64,000 bases of DNA, taken from Minisyncoccota bacterium (GTDB taxonomy: Bacteria > Patescibacteriota > Minisyncoccia > UBA6257 > 2-01-FULL-56-20). A program made the translations under genes and the position numbers. Positions 38,196 through 48,480 of this stretch are shown piece by piece. Below the pieces are notes generated by a model. That model did no database searches. It was not told where the DNA came from and saw only the letters and a program-made list of their open reading frames with translations. The stretch is taken from contig DATJLR010000001.1 of assembly GCA_035509435.1 (NCBI GenBank), positions 58,732 to 122,731 of the forward strand. The letters are read 5' to 3'. The stretch's first letter is position 1, and every line of letters begins with the position of its first letter.

Positions 38196-38513
38196 ATGAC
38201 AGAGGTATCTCCAGTAAGCCCTGACCCAACGGCAGGCATGGATAGGGGGATTGCAATGCGAATGCAACCTTATGCAGTTTCGTTCTCGCACGACCAGATC
38301 GTGGGCAGCACAACCGACAGGTTGTTCTGCATCAACGGCGTCCACGTCAAACTTACCGACGAGCCGACAGCGGACCGCCACGGCAAGCTCTTTTTCGAAG
38401 GTCAACGGTGGGTCGTCGGCGAGCGGTGCGATGGGTCTTGCAAGCAGGAACCGGTGGAGATACCGCCGTCAGTGCTTCGAAAGGTTCGTCGCGTTACAAA
38501 GCAGGCAGAATAG
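38196..38513 (+). CDS. Hypothetical protein
   Basis: Preceded by TTGACA..TGGTATACT promoter; start uncertain. Confidence 0.45.
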   Translation: MTEVSPVSPDPTAGMDRGIAMRMQPYAVSFSHDQIVGSTTDRLFCINGVHVKLTDEPTADRHGKLFFEGQRWVVGERCDGSCKQEPVEIPPSVLRKVRRVTKQAE

Positions 38514-38637
38514 CCTGTGCCCCGTTAAATCCTGCACTGCAGGTGTCCAAGCGAAAGTTTGGGCTTCCATTATAGGAAATTTGAAAAAATTTCTTGCAAT
38601 GGGAGCGATCCCAATAGTTCTTCACAAGGAGAGAGTT

Positions 38638-38862
38638 ATGAAAAGCTGGATTGGTCGCAACGTGCGGGTTGATGTCCTGGAGCACACCCTCTGCGGAATT
38701 GAGGCCTTTGCCCACTTCGGAACACTGAAGGCGGTGGAGGGGCCTATGATTCTCCTGAATATGGAGACGACCATGCACGATGGCATGTGCCAGCCCAGCC
38801 CGGCTGCAATCTGGTTCAACACGGGCGCAATCTCCTTCAAGTCAATCATGCTCACCGATTGA
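38638..38862 (+). CDS. Small hypothetical protein (Sm-like fold possible)
   Basis: AGGAG SD; WIGRNVRV...GTLKAVE..MILL. Confidence 0.5.
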   Translation: MKSWIGRNVRVDVLEHTLCGIEAFAHFGTLKAVEGPMILLNMETTMHDGMCQPSPAAIWFNTGAISFKSIMLTD

Positions 38863-39096
38863 TTTGGACGTCCGGGAGCCATGCGGACGATAAATGCGTG
38901 GTGATACTGGATGATGCTCACCAGTTACCAATCAACGAATCGCTTGGACCGACCAGTAATGGTCGGTCCCTTTTTATATAAATTACTATATATTTTTATT
39001 ATGATGCTGATCGCCCCAGCCTGTGGCGGGTATTGCCAAGGCACAAAAGATATAGTAAGCTTACTGTCATTGAGCCAACCGGCCCATCTCACCGAA

Positions 39097-39267
39097 ATGT
39101 CGTCCAAGAGCATCACGAAAAGGATAAAGATCACAAAGAACGGGAAGATCGTCCGCCGCCGCACCGGGGTGGGGCATTTCCGCACCCGCAAGAACAAGAA
39201 GATGAACCGTGACTCCAAGAAGACGCGCGGCCTCGATATGTCGCTCAAAACGTTAAAAGCATATTAA
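39097..39267 (+). CDS. rpmI: 50S ribosomal protein L35
   Basis: KSITKRIKITKNGKI..R...GHF; upstream of rplT. Confidence 0.9.
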   Translation: MSSKSITKRIKITKNGKIVRRRTGVGHFRTRKNKKMNRDSKKTRGLDMSLKTLKAY

Positions 39268-39284
39268 ATTTTATTTGACTTCCC

Positions 39285-39635
39285 ATGCCACGCGTAAAAC
39301 GAGGAACCATTGCCAATAAGCGCCGCCGCAACGTCCTTAAAAACACCAAGGGCTATAAGTGGGGCCGCAAGTCCAAAGAGCGCGCCGCCAAAGAAGCGCT
39401 CCTCCACGCATGGACGCACGCGTTCCGCGGCCGCAAGGAGAAGAAACGCACCTTCCGCCAGCTCTGGAACGTCAAGATCAATGCTGTCGTCCGCGAGGAA
39501 GGCATGAACTACAGCACGTTCATCGCGGCGCTCAAGAAAGCGAACATTAAGATAGACCGCAAGATCCTTGCCGACCTTGCAGAGCACGAACCGGCAGCGT
39601 TCAAGAAAGTGGTTTCTACGGTAAAGACAAAATAA
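39285..39635 (+). CDS. rplT: 50S ribosomal protein L20
   Basis: [26 protein letters not shown]. Confidence 0.98.
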   Translation: MPRVKRGTIANKRRRNVLKNTKGYKWGRKSKERAAKEALLHAWTHAFRGRKEKKRTFRQLWNVKINAVVREEGMNYSTFIAALKKANIKIDRKILADLAEHEPAAFKKVVSTVKTK

Positions 39636-39661
39636 AAAAATGCCCAGTCGGGCGATTTTTT

Positions 39662-40216
39662 TTAATGACTTTTTAACTCTTTTGCGGGTGCCTCCTTTGG
39701 GCCTGAATGAGATATCGCCCCGGGCTTGTTCGCCGGCCTCTTGTGCTGCGGCCGCAGATAGTCGCTCGCCTGTTTGAGCACTTTTCGCGTATCGCCATAT
39801 TTTTTTCCGATCACATTCAGGGCGTCATGGTACAGGAACCATCCATACCCGCTATGCTCTCGCGGAACGATCTTGACGTCCGCCTTGTGCGTCTCGGCAA
39901 GGAACAGGATGACCGTGTCATAAATCCCCTGATTGCCGATCTTGAAGTAAAACCGTTCATACGCGCGGAAGTTTGGGAGCATGCGCAACTCCGTTTTTTT
40001 GATCCCGGTCTCTTCTTCCAGTTCGCGAAGCGCGGTATCGATGCTCCGCTCGCCCGGCTTGAAATGTCCCTTGGGGAAGTTCCAATAATTACCGCGGCGA
40101 TAGAGCAGAAGGAACTTTATCCCGTCCGGCGTCTTGCGATAGACCACGAATCCCGCCACCACCTGCTTTTTGGTGGGGATCCGCTTGGCTTCATCTATTT
40201 CCCTGGTTGACGGCAT
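39662..40216 (-). CDS. NUDIX hydrolase (Ap4A hydrolase-like)
   Basis: WNFPKGH..PGE....ALRELEEETG. Confidence 0.9.
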   Translation of the reverse strand: MPSTREIDEAKRIPTKKQVVAGFVVYRKTPDGIKFLLLYRRGNYWNFPKGHFKPGERSIDTALRELEEETGIKKTELRMLPNFRAYERFYFKIGNQGIYDTVILFLAETHKADVKIVPREHSGYGWFLYHDALNVIGKKYGDTRKVLKQASDYLRPQHKRPANKPGAISHSGPKEAPAKELKSH

Positions 40217-40279
40217 GGGGGTAGTTTACCATAAAAAATTATTATGGTATAATGGCGGACGGAAAGGGGGTTTGAAAAC

Positions 40280-40729
40280 ATGTCCGAGGACGGAAAAGCG
40301 GTGTTTGCGGTATTGCCGGTCGTCGTGATGGTCTTTGTCTTTATCTGGAAGCACAGAATGCCGGCCATCAGCATGGATATCCTTCGCTGTTTTCTCAAAA
40401 AAGAAGATCTGCGTTTGGTGCCTTACGGAGGCGAATGTGTATTCGGCTGCGAAATACACTTTGAACTGATCGGGAAATTGCTTTCCGTGGTGGTGCACTG
40501 CGACCCGGCGAGCGGAGAGGAAAGGATCGAAGCGAAGATCGAGGGATACAAGGGAAAGGTTGTGGCGATATTCGCGAACGAGATCCTGCGAGAGTGGACC
40601 ATCGGAGCGGATTCGGACCCCATCGACATGGTTTCATTGCGAACCGCTCGCGATGACAGTTTTACATTGCGTTCTCTCCACGCAATATCCCACAACACCA
40701 TACGCACAAAGATAGGGGCGACCGGATGA
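40280..40729 (+). CDS. Hypothetical protein
   Basis: TGGTATAAT upstream; ORF fills the intergenic gap. Confidence 0.5.
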   Translation: MSEDGKAVFAVLPVVVMVFVFIWKHRMPAISMDILRCFLKKEDLRLVPYGGECVFGCEIHFELIGKLLSVVVHCDPASGEERIEAKIEGYKGKVVAIFANEILREWTIGADSDPIDMVSLRTARDDSFTLRSLHAISHNTIRTKIGATG

Positions 40730-40780
40730 CAAAAACACTGTCCGGCCGCCCACTTTTTTTATTTTGAACGCCTACTTTTT

Positions 40781-42574
40781 TTACTTCTTTTTGAGGCACG
40801 CGAGCATCTTCTCGAGTGGCCGCGTGTTTATGATGTCGTCGCGCTCCGCCCAACCGCGCCGCGCCTGCGCGATGCCGCATTCCAGAAATCCGAAGTGCGA
40901 TGCCGCGTGCGCGTCCGAGTCGATGGACATCTTTACTCCCGCCTCCACGCACTTGCGGATGTTCTCGTCCTTGAGGTCACTGCGCTCCGGAAGCGCATCG
41001 ATCTCCATCACGGTGCCGGTCTTCTTCGCGGTCGCAATGAGCTCGTCCATGTCCACGTCGTACGGCGCGCGCTTATTGATGAGCCGCCCTGTCGGATGGA
41101 ACAGGATGTCCACATTCGGATTCTCCATCGCACGCTTGATGCGCGCGGTCTGATCCGCGCGCGTAAGATTGAAGAACGAATGCACGGAAACGCCGACGAC
41201 ATCCAGGCGCGCGAGCGTCTCGTCGTCAAGATCAAGCGTGCCATCTTTCAAAATATCGCATTCGGTGCCTTTCAATATTTTTATCTTGCCGCGCAGTTTT
41301 TTATTGACGGCGTCGACCTCCTTCCACTGCTCGCGGATGCGCTTTTCGTCGAGACCGTGCGCCATCGCGAGGCGCTTGGTGTGGTCCGTGATCACGATGT
41401 ATTCCAGGCCGCGGGCGGCGGCGGCACGCGCCATCACCTCAATGGAGTCGTCGCCGTCGGTCCAATTGGTCTGCGTCTGGAGATCGCCCAGCAGGTCGCC
41501 GTAGCCGATGAGCTTCGGCAGGCCCGGCTTCTTGCCTTCGAACTCGCGCGCCGCCGCTTCTACCTCGCCCGTATTCTCGCGGATCTCCGGCTCCGGATAC
41601 GCCATGCGGAGCGCTTTATATATCTCCTCTTCCGTGCGGCCGGCCACGCGCTCGCCATTGCCTTCAAGGGCGCTGCCGATCTTCTTGCCGCCTTTCCCGA
41701 TCTTGAAAAGTCCGTACTCGTTGAGCGTGAGCCCCATCTTGTTCGCGCGCGCGCGGATCACCACATTGTGCTCTTTGGAACCGGTGAAATAATTGAGCGC
41801 GGAGCCGTATGATTCGGCGGAAACGACGCGCAGGTCCACGTTGATCCCCGGCCGGATCTTGATGGATGATTTCGTCGCGCCGTGCGCGATGACCGTCATG
41901 ATGCCGGGCGTGTGCTTGACGAACGCCTCCATCACGGCTTCCGGCTTTGACGAGACCGCAAGGATATCGATGTCGCCGATCGTCTCCTTGCGCCGGCGCG
42001 ATGATCCGGCGACGGTCACCTTGCTGACGCCCGGCACATCGCCAAGCCGTTTTTCGATCTCGCGGATCTGCGGCATCACGAGGCCGCCGATGAACCGCAG
42101 GCCGGAGCCCTTCGCGAACTCTATCCCTTTCAAAATCTTCTCTTCGCTCTTTTTCCCAAATCCCTCAAGCGCGCCGATCTTTCCTTTTTTTGCCGCCGCC
42201 TCCAGGTCTTTCAAATTTTTTATGCCAAGCTCTTTATAGAGCTTTTGGATGGACTTCGGGCCCAGGCCTTCCACGCGCGCGAGCTCGTCCAGGCGCACCG
42301 GCGTCGCCTTCTTGAGCTTTTCGTATTCCGTGCTGCGCCCTTTCGTCACGAGCTCCTCTATTATTTCCGCAATGGACTGGCCAACGCCCGGGATTTCCTT
42401 GAGCGCTTTTATGCCTCCTTTCGCGTACATCGCCGACACCTCTTCCTCAAGCGCGCCCACTGTCTCCGCGGCCTTCTCGAACGCGCGCGGCTTGAACTGC
42501 ACATGCTGCATCTCCAAGTATTCGCCGATCTGGCGCAACACCTCCGCAACGGATTGGTTCGACATATCGGGCAT
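40781..42574 (-). CDS. polX: DNA polymerase X with PHP domain
   Basis: HhH motifs, AGSSRRRKETIGDIDIL, YFTGSKEHN, ITDH, HPTGRL, SDAH. Confidence 0.95.
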   Translation of the reverse strand: MPDMSNQSVAEVLRQIGEYLEMQHVQFKPRAFEKAAETVGALEEEVSAMYAKGGIKALKEIPGVGQSIAEIIEELVTKGRSTEYEKLKKATPVRLDELARVEGLGPKSIQKLYKELGIKNLKDLEAAAKKGKIGALEGFGKKSEEKILKGIEFAKGSGLRFIGGLVMPQIREIEKRLGDVPGVSKVTVAGSSRRRKETIGDIDILAVSSKPEAVMEAFVKHTPGIMTVIAHGATKSSIKIRPGINVDLRVVSAESYGSALNYFTGSKEHNVVIRARANKMGLTLNEYGLFKIGKGGKKIGSALEGNGERVAGRTEEEIYKALRMAYPEPEIRENTGEVEAAAREFEGKKPGLPKLIGYGDLLGDLQTQTNWTDGDDSIEVMARAAAARGLEYIVITDHTKRLAMAHGLDEKRIREQWKEVDAVNKKLRGKIKILKGTECDILKDGTLDLDDETLARLDVVGVSVHSFFNLTRADQTARIKRAMENPNVDILFHPTGRLINKRAPYDVDMDELIATAKKTGTVMEIDALPERSDLKDENIRKCVEAGVKMSIDSDAHAASHFGFLECGIAQARRGWAERDDIINTRPLEKMLACLKKK

Positions 42575-42610
42575 ATGTAAATAATACCACCCGTCGGCGG
42601 TTTTATTCCC

Positions 42611-43291
42611 CTATTTTGCGACGGTCCCTCCGGGCTTTGTTTCGCTGCCGGCGCCGGCAGCGGCAGCCCGCGCCGGAGTTTCGGGGGCGGGCTTCGGCAG
42701 GATAAGGTCCGGCACGGCGAGCAACACAAATGCGGCGATGAACGCCATGATACCCGCACCCACGAAGACAACGTCGTAGCCGAGCGTTCCCGCAATGACG
42801 CCGCCCAGAAATCCGGTGACGCCGGCCCCGATGCCGCTCACCGCGGAATCGAGCGACCAGTCGAGCGAAATACTGTCTTTATCCAAATGGCGCGAATAGA
42901 TGGTTGGCCATGACGCGTAATAGAGCGCGAATGCGACCGCCTGCACGGCATGGATCGCGTAGAGCTCCCAGATCTGCGTCACCCAGCACATCGCGATCGC
43001 GGAGATCCCCACGAGCATGAGGCCGCCGATGAGCGCCATAAAGTCATCGTGCTCGCCGGGAATCCGGTCAAGCATGTTCGCGATCGGGATCTGCGCCACC
43101 GAACGGATGATCCAGTAGATCGCCGCCGCGATGCCGACCGTAAGGAGGGTTCCCCCTATGACCTTCTGGACGATAAATACCGAGAAAACAGGATCGATCA
43201 ATCCCCAGCCGGCGAGCAGGAAGAAGTCGGAGATCACAAAATACTTAACAAGCCGCCCCACCTTTACGTTGATGTTGACCTTGATCCTCAT
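42611..43291 (-). CDS. Half-size (6-TM) MFS-like transporter
   Basis: Six TMs with an MFS N-half pattern; ATGA overlap with the Clp ATPase gene. Confidence 0.7.
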   Translation of the reverse strand: MRIKVNINVKVGRLVKYFVISDFFLLAGWGLIDPVFSVFIVQKVIGGTLLTVGIAAAIYWIIRSVAQIPIANMLDRIPGEHDDFMALIGGLMLVGISAIAMCWVTQIWELYAIHAVQAVAFALYYASWPTIYSRHLDKDSISLDWSLDSAVSGIGAGVTGFLGGVIAGTLGYDVVFVGAGIMAFIAAFVLLAVPDLILPKPAPETPARAAAAGAGSETKPGGTVAK

Positions 43292-45819
43292 GGCTGGTTC
43301 ACAAAATCAAATCCGCCGTCCTTCGGGACGCACATCACCTTGCCGCCCTTCACGATCTTCTTCGCGAGAAGCGCTTCGGAGAGCGGCGCGCGGACCTGCT
43401 CGTCGATCACGCGGCGGAGCGGCCGCGCGCCGAACATCGGATCGTAGCCGAGCTTCGCGATCTTCGCCACCGCCTCCGGACTGAACGAGAGCACGATCCC
43501 CTGCGCCTTCACCGCATCCACCAGCTCGTTCAGGTTTATCTCCGCGATGCGCGGGAGCTCCGTCGGGGAGAGATCCTTGAAGACGATGATCTTGGAAAAC
43601 CGGTTGAGAAGTTCCGGTTTCAGCACGTCCGTGAGCCGCGTCTTCAGGTATTCCGCGATGTCCGCCATGGATTCGCCTTTCGAGAGCGCGTCGTTGATGA
43701 TATCCGAGTGGGCGTTGGAGGTCGCGATGATGATCGTGTTCGTAAAGTCCACCGTGCGGCCCATGTTGTCGGTGAGCCGCCCGTCATCCAGCACCTGGAG
43801 GAACAGGTTCAAAATATCCGGGAACGCCTTCTCGAATTCGTCGAGAAGCACGAGGCCGTACGGCTTCTCGAGCACGGCGTCGGTGAGCGCGCCGCGCACG
43901 GTGCCGTCGGGCGAACCGATAAAACGGTAGAAGCTCGTCTTGTCCTGATACTCCGTCATGTCAAAACGCACCATCATCTTCTCCGAGCCGAACTGCACTT
44001 GGGCGAGCATCTTGGCGAGCTCCGTCTTTCCGACGCCGGTGGGTCCCACAAAAAGGAAGCTCGCGATCGGGCCGCCTTTGCGCGTGAGCCCGCTCCGATA
44101 TTCGCGAAGCGCCTGCGCGACGGCCTTGACCGCCTCTTCCTGCCCGATGATGCGGCCGTGGATGAGCGCTTCCATATGCAGCAGCTTTTCCGCCTCGTCT
44201 CCTTCGGCCTCATGCATGGGGACGTTCACCTTCTCTTCGGCGACCGCCGTCACGCGGTCCGGCGTGATCACTTTTTCGCCGCGGCGTTCGGCGTCCACAA
44301 GCGCGCTCTTCAGCAGTTCTTCAGCGCTCGAGGGAAGGAACTTGCCACGCAGATATTTCTTTGCAAGGTTCACCGCGCGCTTGATCGCGCCGAAACTTAT
44401 CGTCACCCCCGCCCGCCGCTCCAGCAGGAAACTTTCATAGGTGAGCACTTTTTCCGCTTCCGCTTCCGTGATCTCGCTCACCGGGATCGTTTCGAACATT
44501 CCCACGAAGTCGCTCCGCGGCTCTATGAGCTGCTTGAATTCTTTGGGATATGACGTGCCGACGATCGGAAACTGGTTTGCCGTGATGACGGGCATGAGCG
44601 CGTCCGCGGCGGAAAGATATGCCGTCCCCGATGTACGCACCAAATTATGGATGTCGGGGATATAAAGAATGATGTTGCCCGCGATGAAGATCTCCTCCAC
44701 GATCGTCTTTAGCCGCGCCTCAAGCTCTTCGGGCGGCGCGCCGGCGACGAGGCTTTGCAGCTGGAGCCCTACGAGCCGACGGTCAAAAAGCCCCTTCGGC
44801 ACGTCATCTTTTGTGAGGCAGAACGCCAGATGCTTGATGATCGTTTCCTTGCCTATCCCCACTTCTCCGATCAGAAGCGCGTTCGGGTTCGTGGGCCGGC
44901 CGAGGGTCTCTACCAGGCGTTCATATTCCGCGTCGTGTCCGATGAGGAATCCCGCCTCGCGGTCGCGCGCGAGGTCCGTAAAGTCGATGCCATATTTGTC
45001 GAGCGTCGGCGTCGGGCGCGACGTCCACGCCCGGTTCATGATGCGGTGCTCTATCTTGCGGTGCGTCTCCGGCATGAAGCCGCCGAGCACCGCCGGCATC
45101 CGCGCGAACATCCCTCCGCCGCCCGCGAGCGAACTGAAGATGAGCGCCCGTTCAAGGTCCCCTTCTTCTACGTTGAACAGCGAGAAAAGCCTGTTCAGCG
45201 ACTCGTCACCGACCGCGGGAAGCGCGGAAAAAAGATCGGTGGGACGAATAAAATTGTGGCCGGCGCTTACCGCGGCGGCAAAGGAGTGTTCGGCAAGGAC
45301 CTCCGTGATGGCAAGATAATTATCGGAGCGTGGCGCGCCATCGGCGGCGGTGGCGGCAGGGTCCGCCATAAGCGCCTCGAGCTTTGCCTTGAACTCCTCG
45401 GGCTTCACGTCCAGCCGGCGCAGGCCGTTCCCGACCTGCGGAAGTTCAAGGAGCCGGCTCGTGAGCTCCAGAAGAAAGCTCTTCTTTATGATCGTGCTGC
45501 GGTCCACTGCACGTTCGATCACGGCATACGCCGCGCGGTTCATCGCGGAGGCAAGGTTCACCCTCCCTTCGGGCGGCAGTTCCGATATCGGCATATCGCC
45601 TTCCCCCCGGTGAACGAGAAGGTCTATCACCACAAGCAGAAGGAAAAGCCCCACATAGAACATGGCGGGGGTGCCCGAGATCAGGAACGCGCCCGTCGCG
45701 ACGGCCAGGACAAGATACGAAACGTAGCTTATGACGCGGACGACGATGCGCCCCGCGACCGTCATGCGCAGACGCGGCTCGTCGAAATAAAATTGATACT
45801 TAGAGGTGTTTGAAAGCAT
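43288..45819 (-). CDS. ClpA/B/C-type AAA+ ATPase with N-terminal TMs
   Basis: NBD2 FLFVGPTGVGKTELAK, LLDEFEKA, GARPLRR; NBD1 GEVGIGKE with degenerate Walker B. Confidence 0.92.
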   Translation of the reverse strand: MLSNTSKYQFYFDEPRLRMTVAGRIVVRVISYVSYLVLAVATGAFLISGTPAMFYVGLFLLLVVIDLLVHRGEGDMPISELPPEGRVNLASAMNRAAYAVIERAVDRSTIIKKSFLLELTSRLLELPQVGNGLRRLDVKPEEFKAKLEALMADPAATAADGAPRSDNYLAITEVLAEHSFAAAVSAGHNFIRPTDLFSALPAVGDESLNRLFSLFNVEEGDLERALIFSSLAGGGGMFARMPAVLGGFMPETHRKIEHRIMNRAWTSRPTPTLDKYGIDFTDLARDREAGFLIGHDAEYERLVETLGRPTNPNALLIGEVGIGKETIIKHLAFCLTKDDVPKGLFDRRLVGLQLQSLVAGAPPEELEARLKTIVEEIFIAGNIILYIPDIHNLVRTSGTAYLSAADALMPVITANQFPIVGTSYPKEFKQLIEPRSDFVGMFETIPVSEITEAEAEKVLTYESFLLERRAGVTISFGAIKRAVNLAKKYLRGKFLPSSAEELLKSALVDAERRGEKVITPDRVTAVAEEKVNVPMHEAEGDEAEKLLHMEALIHGRIIGQEEAVKAVAQALREYRSGLTRKGGPIASFLFVGPTGVGKTELAKMLAQVQFGSEKMMVRFDMTEYQDKTSFYRFIGSPDGTVRGALTDAVLEKPYGLVLLDEFEKAFPDILNLFLQVLDDGRLTDNMGRTVDFTNTIIIATSNAHSDIINDALSKGESMADIAEYLKTRLTDVLKPELLNRFSKIIVFKDLSPTELPRIAEINLNELVDAVKAQGIVLSFSPEAVAKIAKLGYDPMFGARPLRRVIDEQVRAPLSEALLAKKIVKGGKVMCVPKDGGFDFVNQP

Positions 45820-46147
45820 AGAAAATGATGACGGCGGGAATCGCAAGCCAGATGATATATGCGACGGCGAATAAAAGCGCGAGAAGGATATAGAATATGC
45901 CGCCGATCAGGATGCGCGCCGAGCGGAACACGATCCCCAGTATGCGCCCGATCACGCTGTAGTCCTTATAGAGCGGCTCAAAGAAATGGCGGAGGGTTAT
46001 GGCGACCGCGAGCGACTGGTCCACCGCCGTCATCGTCGCCATAAATCGCCGCGCGAACACGCGCGAGCCATCCGCATACCAATGATGAAAAAAATCCAAA
46101 AAACGATAGGCGAAGCGCCGCACGAGGTACACAACGGAAAAATCCAT
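45800..46147 (-). CDS. Small membrane protein coupled to the Clp ATPase
   Basis: Overlaps the ATPase start; FF.HWY, FEPLY.DY..IGR motifs. Confidence 0.75.
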   Translation of the reverse strand: MDFSVVYLVRRFAYRFLDFFHHWYADGSRVFARRFMATMTAVDQSLAVAITLRHFFEPLYKDYSVIGRILGIVFRSARILIGGIFYILLALLFAVAYIIWLAIPAVIIFYAFKHL

Positions 46148-46183
46148 ATCTTAATGATACCACTAAACGGCCACGCGGCGGCG

Positions 46184-46828
46184 CTAGAAAAGGCCCGGCT
46201 GCGCGGCCTTATCCCTTTTCTTTTTCACGGGCGCCGCCTCAAAGGCAGGCGCCATCTCGATCGGCGCCTCTCCCGCAAGCACCGCGGGGATCTTCTTGAA
46301 ATCCTCCCTCAGCACCTGCATCATCTGCGTCGAGCGGAGGCCGGCGGCGGGATGGTATACGGGAAATATCCTCCGGCCGTCAACGAGGAGCGGGCGCCCG
46401 TGGTCGCGCGTGATCTTCGCCTCCGGCGCGAAATAATTCATGGAAAAACGGCCGAGCGTCACGATAAGCTTCGGCTCGATCACGGCGATCTGCCTCGTGA
46501 GGTACGGCTTGTACGCCTCGATCTCCGCAGGGCTCGGATCGCGGTTCTCCGGCGGACGCCGTTTTACGATGTTCGTGATATACACGTCTTCCCGTTTCCA
46601 CCCGAGCCCGCGTATCATGTCGTCCAGCAGCGCGCCGCCGCGGCCGACGAAGGGGCGCCGCAAGCGGTCTTCGTTCACGCCGGGCGCCTCGCCGATGAAC
46701 ATTACGTCGCAATTGATGTTGCCCTCGCCGAACACCAGGTTTGCCGTATCGCAGAGCGGGAGCGCCACGTTTGCCGCCATCTCATCCTCTATTTTTTTGA
46801 GCCGTGCCGCCTTGTCATCGTTCGCCAT
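46184..46828 (-). CDS. Uracil-DNA glycosylase family 4
   Basis: MFIGEAPG, PFVGRGG, RPPENRDP, YHPAA. Confidence 0.95.
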   Translation of the reverse strand: MANDDKAARLKKIEDEMAANVALPLCDTANLVFGEGNINCDVMFIGEAPGVNEDRLRRPFVGRGGALLDDMIRGLGWKREDVYITNIVKRRPPENRDPSPAEIEAYKPYLTRQIAVIEPKLIVTLGRFSMNYFAPEAKITRDHGRPLLVDGRRIFPVYHPAAGLRSTQMMQVLREDFKKIPAVLAGEAPIEMAPAFEAAPVKKKRDKAAQPGLF

Positions 46829-46897
46829 ACCAAGATTATATCCTATTAAAAGAAAAACGGGGCGGTCGACATGGCGACCGCCCCGCTCACAAAATGG

Positions 46898-47326
46898 CTA
46901 TGCCGGCTGAAAGATTTCGACGGTATATCGATCCTCGCGCTCCAGGCGTCCGATCGAAGGCGCGCCGAGTATGCCGGTAAGGTTCAAAAGAAACGTCACC
47001 GGGTCAAAGAAATCCAGGCTGCCGATCCTGGACACATCCATCGGACACCAGATGTGTTCACCCTTCGAATCATCCACGATCCGGTAAGGCTGCCGAAAGC
47101 CCCCTACCCCCAAGATGGCAAGCTTCGTCCTGAGCTCCTGGCAAAACTGCTTGATGTCCGGGAGAAAAACCCCCTCTGCCTCAAATGCAAGGCGGAAAAA
47201 AACAGGGCCGCACTTTTTCCCGGGAGAAAATTCGACGATCGCTTCGCTGATGGAATACCGCTCACTGGGCCAGCGCACATTGATCCAGGTCGCCCGATAC
47301 GTCACCATACAAGGTTGCCCGCTCAT
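46898..47326 (-). CDS. Hypothetical protein
   Basis: GAGGAGG SD before the start. Confidence 0.55.
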   Translation of the reverse strand: MSGQPCMVTYRATWINVRWPSERYSISEAIVEFSPGKKCGPVFFRLAFEAEGVFLPDIKQFCQELRTKLAILGVGGFRQPYRIVDDSKGEHIWCPMDVSRIGSLDFFDPVTFLLNLTGILGAPSIGRLEREDRYTVEIFQPA

Positions 47327-47391
47327 ACATCCTCCTCGTCCCGTACTAATGAATAAAATACTCCCGTTCCAGCGACGGCGTCAATGGTCCG

Positions 47392-48480
47392 CTATAATAT
47401 TCCGCCGAGAGAAGGGATGGTGACCGGAGGAACCGACGGCGCGCTCACATTGGTCCCGGCACCGGCGCTACCGCCCGCGGCGGCCCCGCTGCCATCTCCA
47501 CCGCCGGAGGAGGAAGCCGAAGAAGATGAGGTGCCCCGGATGGTCGTCGATGCGGTGCCGATGATGGGCGGCGTAACCGTGGCATTCGCCGTAGCCGTAG
47601 TGGACGCCGTGATGCCGATCGAGGGGGTGGAAACGCTCGGCACCGCGGTGACCGCGCCGCTTCCGGTTCCCGTTGCGGCGTCGCCGTTCCCCCCATAATG
47701 ATGCCCGTGCCCGCGGGAATCACCGGGGGTGATCGGCTCTACGGAATTCACGGTGGTGCTCGCAGCGCCGCCCTCCGTATTTCCGTCGCGGGGACTATCG
47801 CTGCCGCATTGCGCATTGAACTGCGCGAGAATGCTCGGATGGAGAACGAGGTCGCCCTCAAGATGGCCAAAGAGGACGCTTGATGTGCTCTTCGTAAATG
47901 CCGCGCAGAAGACGCCCACGGAACCCGCCGTGCCATTCCCCGCGCCGCTCTTTGTGTTGCCATCGCCCGGATTCGAAGAGGGCGAGCTGCTTGCTGCGGC
48001 GAGCGAGCTGCTGATCTCCGAGTCGAGGTCTACCGTGAGCCGCGGGATCAGCGTGCTTGAAGGATGCTGCACTTGCAGCGCATCGATCTCGTTGGCACGC
48101 TGTACGGCGAAAGTCGCCTGCAGCTGCGCTTTTGCCTGAGCCGGCGCGACCGCAAGCTGAACGTTCTCGACAAGCCGCTTCAAAGGATAGAGCGGGTTCG
48201 TCGGAGAAACGTTCCCGGCGGTCGCCGCATAAGCGGACATCCCGAACGCGATCGCGATCGCGGCGACCGTGCCCGTGCCAACCCTCAAGAAGAGCGTCCA
48301 TCCGGAAAGACGCGCCGACGGCCGGACGCCGGACGCGGCGCCTGCGCCCGCGGCAAGCGGGCTCGCGTCAAAAGCCGCCAGGAAGCGCTGCTTTCCTTGC
48401 GTTAAAAATTCTTTGCGCGGCTGAAGGCTTTTTTTCGCCTCCGTCGGCAATTTTTTATTTTTGAAAATCGGGTATTTCAT
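47392..48480 (-). CDS. DUF5667 protein (putative anti-sigma factor) with Ser/Thr/Gly-rich tail
   Basis: TM, then P.NPLYPLKRLVENVQL; ATGA overlap with the ECF sigma. Confidence 0.75.
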   Translation of the reverse strand: MKYPIFKNKKLPTEAKKSLQPRKEFLTQGKQRFLAAFDASPLAAGAGAASGVRPSARLSGWTLFLRVGTGTVAAIAIAFGMSAYAATAGNVSPTNPLYPLKRLVENVQLAVAPAQAKAQLQATFAVQRANEIDALQVQHPSSTLIPRLTVDLDSEISSSLAAASSSPSSNPGDGNTKSGAGNGTAGSVGVFCAAFTKSTSSVLFGHLEGDLVLHPSILAQFNAQCGSDSPRDGNTEGGAASTTVNSVEPITPGDSRGHGHHYGGNGDAATGTGSGAVTAVPSVSTPSIGITASTTATANATVTPPIIGTASTTIRGTSSSSASSSGGGDGSGAAAGGSAGAGTNVSAPSVPPVTIPSLGGIL

